From: an uncultured Eubacteriales bacterium
Lineage (GTDB): Bacteria > Bacillota > Clostridia > Oscillospirales > CAG-272
DNA: 52,381 bases
Reading direction: 5' to 3'
Assembly: GCA_905205065.1 (NCBI GenBank)
Contig: CAJLCI010000013.1
Coordinates: 1 to 52,381, forward strand
Shown here: piece after piece, positions 28,417 through 36,632 of the stretch
How the letters are laid out: the number at the start of each line of letters is the position of its first letter
Numbering within the stretch: the first letter of the stretch is position 1
Made by a program: the position numbers and the translations under genes
The notes under the pieces: model-generated
What the model was told of the DNA's origin: nothing
The model's database searches: none
Seen by the model: only the letters and a program-made list of their open reading frames with translations

Positions 28417-30552
28417 TTAAATGTTTTGAGTAAAAGAAACTTTCCAGTTTACCGTCTTGTTTTCGCTGTTATCGGGTTTCAGCGTAAGTATGTTGTCTAT
28501 AACTTGTCCATCTGTTGGTTTATAGCCATCCGGAACGTATATGAAAATCTGATAATCATCATTCTTTACAACCTTTGAACTACCTTTAAGGCAAAGAGAT
28601 TCATCGTCCCAGCATACAGAAACAAGCTCTGCCGCGCCCTGAGAAAGGTGACGGCTTGTTGATGCAATTTGGGGTTTTCCAGTTACCCGGCGTACAGCGC
28701 ATACTGCAGATGCGTTAGAGGAAAGTGAAAGCTCGATTTCCTTGTTGTATATTCCAAGAAGTTTTTTGTTCCAAAAGTCAAACACAAGATAATCGCCATC
28801 TTCAATATGAAGGTGATTCTGAAGATTTACGGTATATTTTGCATCACAGTCCTGCATATTGAGAAGATCAAAGACATTCCAGCATTCAAACGCAGTATTA
28901 ACCGCCAGTGTTACAAAGAAGCGTTTTCCATCATGCGTTGACTCTCTTATATCCATTGGGTGGATGTCGAGCGTGGGAAGTGCGCGGCGCAGCATTTCAA
29001 TACGGTCGGCAGGAAGCTCTGTTAGCTCATCTCCGAATGTTACGGGAAGACCGAGCAGCGAAACCGCCGATACTCTCGATTTTGCCTGTTCAAAATTGCT
29101 GAATTCGGGACGAATGACTACATTATCGGGATCGCAGTAAAATGATACGTTATGGAAGGAATAAAAACGCAAAATTCTTTCAACAAAATCACCTATAAAG
29201 TCGCACCAGTGGAAAATATCATTTCCTATTCTTGCCGTGTCGGCTACATCAGACAGCATCAGAACTTCACGGTCATTTCCTCCGGCGCAAGACATCATAT
29301 AGAAATCGTCTCCTGCAACTTCGCGGGCTTTAAGGCATACGCGGCGCAGTGCTTCTGTAGAAGTAATTTCGGGATGCTTAAGAACTTCATGATATGCATC
29401 TGCATATCCTACAGTGGTGGGAAGACAATCCCATTTTACGGCATCAAATCCCCATTCCTTAATTTGATTGAAAGCACGCGGAATTAATTCATTTATTACA
29501 CGTTCGTCCGTAATGTCAAAGAAGTATTTTCCACACCATGTAGTGCAGTCTGTATAGATACAGTCTTCAAATTCCTTGCAGATTTCAGTGAATCCAGGCT
29601 CTATCGTCGGGGCAACCCATAAAACCGGAATAAATCCGAGTTTTTTTATCTCATCCGACATGTATTTAAAACCATGAGGATATTTTTCTGAATTGGGCTG
29701 GAAAAATCCGATGTTATCAGGAGCGTTTTCGTCTCCGAAATCTCTGTGGCACCAATCCCAGTCGATCCATATTGTCTGAGCTCCGTAGTCATACAAAAAT
29801 TCGCGTTGAAATCTTGCATTTTTAAGAACTCTTTCTTCGTTTGCCTCAAATTTGATGGAATACCATGTCATCCATCCTGTATGGGCGGTTGGAAATGCAT
29901 TATTCTTGTTTATGCAGGAATATTTGGTGCGGAAACGTGTTTCATAAACGTGAATAATGGATTCTACAGTGAAAAATCCGCGTGCTTCAAATGTGTAACA
30001 GCCGTCTGCGTGGGAGAAACCGAGCTTTCTTCCTTTGCTTCCCGAAAAACGCAGCGCCTCGTCGCATTTGCGGTCAAATAGACAGTCATCGATTGTGGAA
30101 GAAGCTGGACCGTATGCAGCCCGAAGATCATCTGATGAAATGTCACGGTCAAGACACATAGCAAAGCAGTCTTCAACTTTTCCGAAGTGAACATTGCCTG
30201 AAATTACAGGAGTAATATCATCGGGAAGAAATTCAGCTTCAGCTTCGATTCGGTCACGCTTAACACGGAAGGTAAAATTTGTCTGTTCTGAAAATCCGTC
30301 CGGAGCTTCTGTAAGCTCCATTCTAATCATTGAGTAAGTTTCGTGCAACGGCTGATCCCATACATACTTTACTGATCCGAAGGAACAAAGATCTGCTATA
30401 GTTTTTCCTTCAGAATTTTCAAAACGGACCGAAATATTATCTGCGATTATTCCATGTCCTTCATATATAAAACGGGAGAGCCTTGTTTTAGGATCAATTT
30501 GAACTGCGAGGTCAAAATAATTGACATATGTATTGTTGCGTTCGTGCTGCAT
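28417..30552 (-). CDS. Glycoside hydrolase clan GH-D (GH36-like alpha-galactosidase family)
   Basis: Start set at MQHERNNTYV with RBS GGAAAGGAAAAA (the track ORF starts 25 codons earlier). GWMTWYS, WIDWDW and KWD nucleophile-like motifs. Confidence 0.5.
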   Translation of the reverse strand: MQHERNNTYVNYFDLAVQIDPKTRLSRFIYEGHGIIADNISVRFENSEGKTIADLCSFGSVKYVWDQPLHETYSMIRMELTEAPDGFSEQTNFTFRVKRDRIEAEAEFLPDDITPVISGNVHFGKVEDCFAMCLDRDISSDDLRAAYGPASSTIDDCLFDRKCDEALRFSGSKGRKLGFSHADGCYTFEARGFFTVESIIHVYETRFRTKYSCINKNNAFPTAHTGWMTWYSIKFEANEERVLKNARFQREFLYDYGAQTIWIDWDWCHRDFGDENAPDNIGFFQPNSEKYPHGFKYMSDEIKKLGFIPVLWVAPTIEPGFTEICKEFEDCIYTDCTTWCGKYFFDITDERVINELIPRAFNQIKEWGFDAVKWDCLPTTVGYADAYHEVLKHPEITSTEALRRVCLKAREVAGDDFYMMSCAGGNDREVLMLSDVADTARIGNDIFHWCDFIGDFVERILRFYSFHNVSFYCDPDNVVIRPEFSNFEQAKSRVSAVSLLGLPVTFGDELTELPADRIEMLRRALPTLDIHPMDIRESTHDGKRFFVTLAVNTAFECWNVFDLLNMQDCDAKYTVNLQNHLHIEDGDYLVFDFWNKKLLGIYNKEIELSLSSNASAVCAVRRVTGKPQIASTSRHLSQGAAELVSVCWDDESLCLKGSSKVVKNDDYQIFIYVPDGYKPTDGQVIDNILTLKPDNSENKTVNWKVSFTQNI

Positions 30553-30701
30553 AATATTTTTCCTTTCCGATACCGGTAGGATTTTTTTAATCCAATCCTT
30601 TTTATTATTTAGAATGATAAAAATCAATCTATTGCGTGCATTATATCAAATGACACTTCTAAAGTCAACCGGTTTCTTTAAAATTTTTAATTATTTTATT
30701 C

Positions 30702-30729
30702 TTGACAAACCGCAGGATTTGTGTTATCA
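30702..30729 (+). promoter_or_regulatory. Sigma-A promoter with extended -10 (TTGACA, 16 nt, TGTTATCAT) driving the FMN riboswitch
   Basis: TTGACA at 30702-30707. TATCAT at 30724-30729 with a TG 2 nt upstream. Confidence 0.6.
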
Positions 30730-30751
30730 TTTCATTAAATAAAGAATATAT

Positions 30752-30957
30752 TTATTCTTCGGGGCAGGGTGTAATTCCCGATCGGCGGTAAAGTCCGCGA
30801 GCGCGTATTGCGCAGATTTGGTTAGATTCCAAAACCGACAGTTAAAGTCTGGATGAAAGAAGAAACGGCATTGGTATGCAGATCTTTTTCTGTATATCTG
30901 CAAATTTCATCGCTTTCAGCAGATCCTCCGGAGAGTATCCGGAGGATCTTTTCTTAT
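30752..30957 (+). ncRNA. FMN riboswitch (RFN element) with an intrinsic-terminator expression platform
   Basis: Aptamer TTCGGGGCAGGGTGTAATTCCCGATCGGCGGTAAAGTCCGCGAGCGC...GATTTGGTTAGATTCCAAAACCGACAGTTAAAGTCTGGATGAAAGAAGA matches the RFN consensus. Terminator AGATCCTCCGGA-GAGTA-TCCGGAGGATCT + TTTTCTT at 30921-30957. Confidence 0.9.
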
Positions 30958-30974
30958 AACCAAATGCGAGATGA

Positions 30975-31080
30975 TGCCGACTATAAGACGTTTACCTCTA
31001 AAATCGGCGGTTTTTACTCACTTTTTCCGGCGCCTCCTGCGATGGTTTGGCCGGCCGACGAAACGCCTTACAATGGGTTT
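30975..31080 (+). repeat. Dispersed repeat family, copy C (..AATCGGCGG..TCACTTTTTCCGGCGCC..GATGGTTTGG..CGAAACGCCTTACAATGGG)
   Basis: Located between the FMN riboswitch terminator and the ribU RBS. Confidence 0.55.
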
Positions 31081-31147
31081 CTTCACCTTTTTGAAATATT
31101 TTCCGGATGCTGAATTTTTTAGGTTAAAAACCGGAAAGGAAAACATT

Positions 31148-31843
31148 ATGAACGAACTAAAAAAAGAAAAATCCAAAATTCTTCGAGTTGCCATGATAGG
31201 AATGCTTTGTGCGCTTGCGTATATAGCGGTTGCTTTCGGACGAATTCCTGTAGTACTGTTTCTTAAATATGATCCCAAGGATGTGATAATTGCTCTCGGC
31301 GGTTTGTCGCTTGGCCCGGCCGCTGCCGCGCTAATTTCTCTGATTGTATCTTTTTTGGAAATGATAACAATATCGGAAGACGGTGTTATCGGATTCCTGA
31401 TGAATGTAATTTCAACTTGCTCATTTGCATGTATCGCGTCCATAATATATAAAAAGAAGCACGATTTTAAGGGCGCTGTTCTCGGACTCTTTTCCGGATG
31501 GCTGTCAATGATTATATTGATGATTCTCTGGAATTGGATTATCACTCCGCTGTATATGGGAATACCGCGTTCCGCAGTTGTAGATCTTCTTATCCCTGCA
31601 TTTCTGCCTTTCAATTTTGTGAAAGGTGGACTGAATATGTCGCTCACACTTATTTTATACAAGCCGATAATGCTTGCGCTGAGACGCTCACATCTTCCTA
31701 TTTTTGATAATGTTGAATTGTCGGAATTATCATCGGCGCCCCTGAATAAGTCGCCACGCTTCCGATTTAAGGCGATTTTTGCCGCACTTCCGATTTTGGC
31801 GGTCAGTGTTGTGGTTATGATTTGGCTTATGACAAATTCATGA
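31148..31843 (+). CDS. ribU: Riboflavin ECF-transporter substrate-specific component RibU-like, with a C-terminal extension
   Basis: Start set at MNELKKEKSKILRVAMIGML with RBS AAAGGAAA (the track ORF includes 59 upstream codons that overlap repeat copy C). 5-6 TM helices. Downstream of the FMN riboswitch. Confidence 0.65.
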   Translation: MNELKKEKSKILRVAMIGMLCALAYIAVAFGRIPVVLFLKYDPKDVIIALGGLSLGPAAAALISLIVSFLEMITISEDGVIGFLMNVISTCSFACIASIIYKKKHDFKGAVLGLFSGWLSMIILMILWNWIITPLYMGIPRSAVVDLLIPAFLPFNFVKGGLNMSLTLILYKPIMLALRRSHLPIFDNVELSELSSAPLNKSPRFRFKAIFAALPILAVSVVVMIWLMTNS

Positions 31844-31867
31844 CAGCCGGTAGAAACTGTATCTAAA

Positions 31868-32132
31868 AGCAAGCTGTTTGCCGTCTGCAAGTCATTCGTA
31901 TGTAAGTCGTTTTCATGTAAAGCTGTTCGCTTGTGCCTGTAAAACAGCTGTTCACTTGCGCCTGTCAAAGCTGTTCGCGGTGTGCCTGTAAAACAACTGT
32001 TCACTTGCGCCTGTCAAAGCTGTTCGCGGCGTACCTGTAGAACAAACTGTTTGCTTATGCCTGTAAAACTTGTTCGTATGTGGCCTGTGAAGCCCATTTG
32101 CGTTTGCGCGAAAAACCGTTCGCTTCTGCAGG
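31868..32132. repeat. Tandem array of about 9-10 degenerate 23-26 bp repeats (CTGTTCRCKKGYGCCTGTMAAAR). Includes a 49-bp unit duplicated almost perfectly
   Basis: AGCTGTTCACTTGCGCCTGTCAAAGCTGTTCGCGG(T/C)GT(G/A)CCTGTA(A/G)AACAA occurs twice in tandem. Flanking copies are more diverged. No spacers, so not CRISPR. Confidence 0.7.
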
Positions 32133-32210
32133 CGTCGGCCGACTGAATTTTTTCCGCTGATGGTTTAGTCCTCCATCGGAATGCCTTATGGCGGAGCTTC
32201 GCCACTTCTT
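32128..32210 (+). repeat. Dispersed repeat family, copy D (..TTTTTTCCGCTGATGGTTTAGTCCTCCATCGGAATGCCTTATGGCGG + GGCGGAGCTTCGCC hairpin)
   Basis: Immediately follows the 31868-32132 tandem array and precedes the terminator at 32238-32270. Confidence 0.55.
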
Positions 32211-32237
32211 GAGTTAAAATAAACTGTCACGGACTTG

Positions 32238-32270
32238 TACCCCTGTATTTTCAGCAGGGGTATTTTTATT
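32238..32270 (+). terminator. Intrinsic terminator (ACCCCTG-TATTTTCAG-CAGGGGT + ATTTTTATT) immediately after repeat copy D
   Basis: 7-bp GC-rich stem followed by a T-run. No annotated gene ends nearby (ribU stops about 400 nt upstream). Confidence 0.55.
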
Positions 32271-32376
32271 AGTCCGGACAGCTATTCGGTTATATAAGCT
32301 ATTGATTATTTAATAAATGGTTCAAGCTTTCAGCAAAGGCAGAATATTATCTATACAGTATAACTAAATTATCAGT

Positions 32377-33576
32377 TTAGTTTTGTTTTGTATTTTCAGT
32401 ATGACCATTTTCAGATATATCATGTAACGTGTTTTCAGAAATCATATCAGACAGTCCTTTTTTCGAAAGTCGTTTGGCGGAATTTTCTTTGATAATAGTA
32501 ATAATTACCGCCGTGAGCGGAATAAAAAACAATATACCGATGATTCCGAAAAGGCTTCCACCAATGAGAGCTGCAACAAGTGTATACAGCGCGGAAAGAC
32601 CTACGGAATTTCCGACAACATGAGGATAAATAAACTGATTTTCAATAAACTGCACACACAGATAAACAATGACACATAGTATTGCCTTCGAAGGGTCAAC
32701 GATAAATGCAAGCAAGACGGAGACAACGCATGACAGTGTAGCTCCTACGTATGGCAAAAGCGCGCAGAAAGCGGTGATAACACCAACAAGGCTTGCGTAA
32801 GGCAGGCGAAAAACAGAAAATGCTATGAACATAAGAACGCCGAGAATAATTGCTTCAAAGCATTGTCCTGACAAAAACTTTGCAAAGGTTTTTCCGAAAA
32901 GAGAACAAAAATAAGTGATTCTGTCCGCCGCAGGCTTTTTAAGGTATGCATATACTAAGTATTTTGCCGATCTGCAAAGATGTTTTTTATCGAGCACCAT
33001 ATAGATTGCTATGATAACAGCAAAAACAAATGATATTGTAATATTTACAGTTGAAGATATAACACCGATAAATGATGACAGAAAAGACGTTAGATAGGAC
33101 GAGACATTTTTCATAAGACCTTCAAGATCTATTTTTGATATTATTTTTGAAATCCATTCTGTTGAAATTCCTCTTTCGGATAGAAATTTGAGCAGATATT
33201 GAAGCAAATCCGGAATTCTCTTTTCGGCGATACTGTAAATGCTTTGTACTGACTGGAGAAGAGCGGGTACTATAAAAGCCGTAACAAGAGTTATCGCAAG
33301 AAGAATGCATATAATTGTAAAGATAAAGCTTGTTATCAGAATCGTTTTATCAGACGGCTTATGTTTTCTTTTGACGAATATTTTTCTGATGATTTTTTCG
33401 GTACCGCAGACGGGTACGCTTATGAATAATGCCAGTATAGCTCCTACTATAACCGGCATCATCAAAGACAGAAGGGTGCTGGCAATACTGATTACGGATG
33501 AAAAATTCATTAAAATTGCAAAGATTAATGCACCGCATATTACAAGTATCAGATTTTGCTTTAATTTTTTATCCAT
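32377..33576 (-). CDS. AI-2E family transporter (PerM/YhhT-like)
   Basis: 399 aa, 7-8 TM helices. Family block FIENQFIYPHVVGNSVGL. Confidence 0.7.
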   Translation of the reverse strand: MDKKLKQNLILVICGALIFAILMNFSSVISIASTLLSLMMPVIVGAILALFISVPVCGTEKIIRKIFVKRKHKPSDKTILITSFIFTIICILLAITLVTAFIVPALLQSVQSIYSIAEKRIPDLLQYLLKFLSERGISTEWISKIISKIDLEGLMKNVSSYLTSFLSSFIGVISSTVNITISFVFAVIIAIYMVLDKKHLCRSAKYLVYAYLKKPAADRITYFCSLFGKTFAKFLSGQCFEAIILGVLMFIAFSVFRLPYASLVGVITAFCALLPYVGATLSCVVSVLLAFIVDPSKAILCVIVYLCVQFIENQFIYPHVVGNSVGLSALYTLVAALIGGSLFGIIGILFFIPLTAVIITIIKENSAKRLSKKGLSDMISENTLHDISENGHTENTKQN

Positions 33577-33578
33577 TG

Positions 33579-34295
33579 TTAAAAAGACTGTATCCCTTCT
33601 TCAGTATTTTTCTCGATTGTAGCTTTGATTTGCTGCATTTTCAAATCAAGCAGTGCGCTGGTTTCTGCACATTCCTTAAGATCTTTTGCAGTGCTTTCTA
33701 AGATTTCATCAGAAAGATTTTTTTTGTATCGCAAACGATGCTCAATATTTGCCCAAAATTCCATAGCAATTGTTCTGAACTGTACTTCGACCTTCATGCT
33801 TCGTTTGCCCTGCTGTAAAAAAATCGGGATTTCAACGATAAGATGAAGACTTCTGTATCCATTTTCTTTAGGTTTGATTATGTAATCTTTTTCTGCAATA
33901 ACTTTAATATCATCCTGTTTGCTCAGACATTCGGCGAGCATGTAAATATCGTCTATGAAAGAACAGATTACACGTACGCCTGCAATGTCATAAATATTGC
34001 TTTCGACTGATTCTATCGTCATCGGCAGATTTTTACGTATCATTTTTTCTGTTATACTCTCTATGGATTTCAGCCGTGTGCGGATACTTTCAATCGGATT
34101 TCTCTCATGACGAAGTGAAAACTGTTCGTCAAGTACTTTAAATTTTGTTTCAACCTCAAGAATGGCACAGCGGTAGTAGGACATCAGCGTTTTTGCGTTT
34201 AATATATAGTTTTTCAGTTTGTCTGCGTCAGTCTCGAAGTCAGGCGTGCTTTTAAGGTGTGCTGTTTTAAGTCTTGACGGTAAATTATTTTCCAT
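33579..34295 (-). CDS. relQ: Small alarmone synthetase (RelQ/RelP, YjbM/YwaC family GTP pyrophosphokinase)
   Basis: RelA/SpoT synthetase-domain blocks DIAGVRVICSF, GYRSLHLIVEIP and EVQFRTIAMEFWANIEH. Stop is 2 nt before the AI-2E start. Confidence 0.75.
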   Translation of the reverse strand: MENNLPSRLKTAHLKSTPDFETDADKLKNYILNAKTLMSYYRCAILEVETKFKVLDEQFSLRHERNPIESIRTRLKSIESITEKMIRKNLPMTIESVESNIYDIAGVRVICSFIDDIYMLAECLSKQDDIKVIAEKDYIIKPKENGYRSLHLIVEIPIFLQQGKRSMKVEVQFRTIAMEFWANIEHRLRYKKNLSDEILESTAKDLKECAETSALLDLKMQQIKATIEKNTEEGIQSF

Positions 34296-34831
34296 TGTAA
34301 AGATGTGCCTTTCTAAATGTATGGCTCTATTATATTTATAAAATCGGAAAGAACCTCGTTATTTTTTTCGGCAGAACTGCTTATATATAAACTCAATTAT
34401 ATATTATACTCCCGGTCTTAAAAAAATCAACACATAACACGTAATTTTATAAACTGGAGTCAAATTAATATTACAGAAAAGTATATCAAAGTGTATCATA
34501 ATAGGAATTTGAAGGGGCATAGTGTGACATACATCGACAGATTGTATACACTTGAAAAATGAATAAAAGCGCTTTAAAGTCAAATATCTTGCAACCGAAT
34601 GCCCGCATGTCTGATTTATACATGTCTGATTGTCTGATTTATAAAAGAATGTCGGTTTTACAGCCGCCTATTCGGCGGACAAATATATTGTTGTGATATT
34701 GCGAGGAAACTGCATAAATGACATTATTTGAGTTAATAAAAAAGGACACGCGTCGATTTTTCTGAGTTGAATTAGACATGATTTCGGCGATGTCCTTGTT
34801 GTAATTAAATATGAATATAACTAAAAGCATG

Positions 34832-35040
34832 ATGTCTGTATCTGTAAGGTGTCCTCGCGTAAAGATATTTGCATGTAAAGGCGTATGCGTGCAAAAGCAT
34901 TCGCGTATAAAGACATTCGCATGCAAAGGTGTTCGCGCGTAAAGGCGTTTGTCTCTTCAGACTCTCTTCAAACGGTCAGATCCGCTCGTTTTTTTAGCGT
35001 CGGTGCACTTCACTACAGGATCCGCCTTATGATATGACAC
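34832..35040 (+). repeat. Dispersed repeat family, copy G. It contains an internal array of about 8 short (about 12 nt) GCGTRYRMAAAG-type tandem repeats
   Basis: GATGTCTGTATCTGTAAGGTGTCC, then (GCGTAAAGATATTTGCATGTAAAGGCGTATGCGTGCAAAAGCATTCGCGTATAAAGACATTCGCATGCAAAGGTGTTCGCGCGTAAAGGCGTTTG), then GTCTCTTCAGACTCTCTTC..CCGCTCGTTTTTTTAGCG..GGATCCGCCTTATGATATGACACG. Confidence 0.55.
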
Positions 35041-35073
35041 GAAACTTTGCTCATTTTATTCCTTTTTGAATAT

Positions 35074-36498
35074 TTATTTAAGCTGTGATATTGCGTCAGA
35101 AATCGTTTTTTCGTAAGCCTCTCTGCCGTATTTATCGACTTCGGCTTTGTTTTTTTCTCCATGAGTAAGACATCCTGCGCCTCCTATACATCCACCGACA
35201 CACGCCATTCCTTCTATGAAGTTTTCAGGAAGCACACCCTTTGAAAACTTAAGAAGTGCAGTTCTGCATTCTTCTATTCCATCGCATGAAATTGCCTTTA
35301 AATCGAAGTCCTCTTCACCTAATTCTTTAAGTCCCTCCTGAACTGCATCGGCGAGACCTCCGCAGCGTGCAAAGATTCTTCCGAAGTACGATGCATTGTC
35401 AAGAACATCTTCGGGCAGTGTTGTTATGTCAATATCTTTACTGTCAAACAAGGCCTGAAGTTCTTCAAATGTTAGAACGGAGTCTACGTAAGGACGTACT
35501 TCTTTCTGCTGAAATTCCATTTTTTTAGCGGTACAAGGTCCGATAAAAATTACTTTTGCTTCAGGATCTTTAGTTTTAATATATTCAGCGATAGTTCCCA
35601 TTGGAGATAGGTTATGAGATATGTTATTTTCAAGGCTGGGAAACTGTTTTCGGATATAGCTTACAAATGCGGGGCAGCAAGAGCTTGTAAGGGCTTTTTT
35701 CTGGGCAAGCTCCTTAGCTTCATTATATGCTACCATATCCGCTCCCAAGGCAACTTCGACAACGGTATAAAATCCAAGCTTTTTTATTCCGGAGATAACG
35801 TTTCCAAGTTTTGCGTAAGTAAACTGACTTGAAATCGATGGGGCTACAATTGCATATACTTTATACTTTTGATTTTCTTCGCTTTTCTTAATAGTATCTA
35901 TGACATCAAGAATAAAGGATTTATCTGTAATTGCGCCGAATGGGCACTGATATACACAAGCTCCGCAGGAAATACATTTATCATTGTCAATGACCGCCGC
36001 CTTATCCTCATTCATTTTTATTGCTTTTACTTTACATGAGCTTTCGCAGGGGCGTTTTTGATTTATAATTGCAAAATACGGACAAACCTTTGCGCATGCG
36101 CCGCATTCGACGCATTTGCTTTTGTCTATATGAGCTTTTTGATGTTCATCGAAAGTAATTGCTCCGCGTTTGCATACGTCTTCGCATCTGTGTGCAAGAC
36201 AACCGCGGCATGCTTCGGTTACCGAATAGCCTCCGACCGGACACTCATCACAAGCAATATCTATTACTTCGATAACGTTAGGGTTATTCTTATCTCCGCC
36301 CATGGCAATTTTGACACGTTCGGAAAGTATAGCTCTTTCTTTGTATACGCAGCACCGCATTGTCGATTTTTTGCCCGGAACAATGGTTTTGGGAATGTCC
36401 GAAAGTGATTCAAGAAGCGTATCATTCCATGCATGTCTTGCAACTTCGCGAAGAACCTTATATTTTAAGTGCTGAACCTTTGTGTCAAACTTTCTCAT
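35074..36498 (-). CDS. [FeFe]-hydrogenase, M2-type (N-terminal 2x[4Fe-4S] ferredoxin domain plus H-cluster domain), HydA-like
   Basis: Ferredoxin-like CxxCxxCxxxCP motifs. H-cluster motifs L1 TSSCCPAFV, L2 FIGPCTAKKMEF, L3 EGMACVGGCIGGAGC (variant). Confidence 0.65.
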   Translation of the reverse strand: MRKFDTKVQHLKYKVLREVARHAWNDTLLESLSDIPKTIVPGKKSTMRCCVYKERAILSERVKIAMGGDKNNPNVIEVIDIACDECPVGGYSVTEACRGCLAHRCEDVCKRGAITFDEHQKAHIDKSKCVECGACAKVCPYFAIINQKRPCESSCKVKAIKMNEDKAAVIDNDKCISCGACVYQCPFGAITDKSFILDVIDTIKKSEENQKYKVYAIVAPSISSQFTYAKLGNVISGIKKLGFYTVVEVALGADMVAYNEAKELAQKKALTSSCCPAFVSYIRKQFPSLENNISHNLSPMGTIAEYIKTKDPEAKVIFIGPCTAKKMEFQQKEVRPYVDSVLTFEELQALFDSKDIDITTLPEDVLDNASYFGRIFARCGGLADAVQEGLKELGEEDFDLKAISCDGIEECRTALLKFSKGVLPENFIEGMACVGGCIGGAGCLTHGEKNKAEVDKYGREAYEKTISDAISQLK

Positions 36499-36632
36499 TT
36501 ATGTGACCATACCTTTCGTATATGCTAAAAGCTCATTTGTTTAAGCTTTGCCAGAGCTTTTGTCCGACAAAGTCTGAAAGCCTTTTGTGTCTTTATTTTA
36601 AGGAAATACATAGATACAAATCAAAGTAATTA

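Noticed and set aside
30971-31147. 59-codon N-terminal extension of ribU in the ORF track
   Set aside because: The extension spans repeat-family copy C and lacks an RBS. MNELKK at 31148 has a strong RBS and gives a normal ECF S-component N-terminus.
31868-32132. Possible CRISPR array (regular short repeats)
   Set aside because: The repeats are directly abutting with no unique spacers, the units are degenerate and of 23-26 bp, and no cas genes or leader are present. Tandem minisatellite is the better description. The same reasoning applies to the arrays at 13605-13840, 14571-14752 and 34852-34950.
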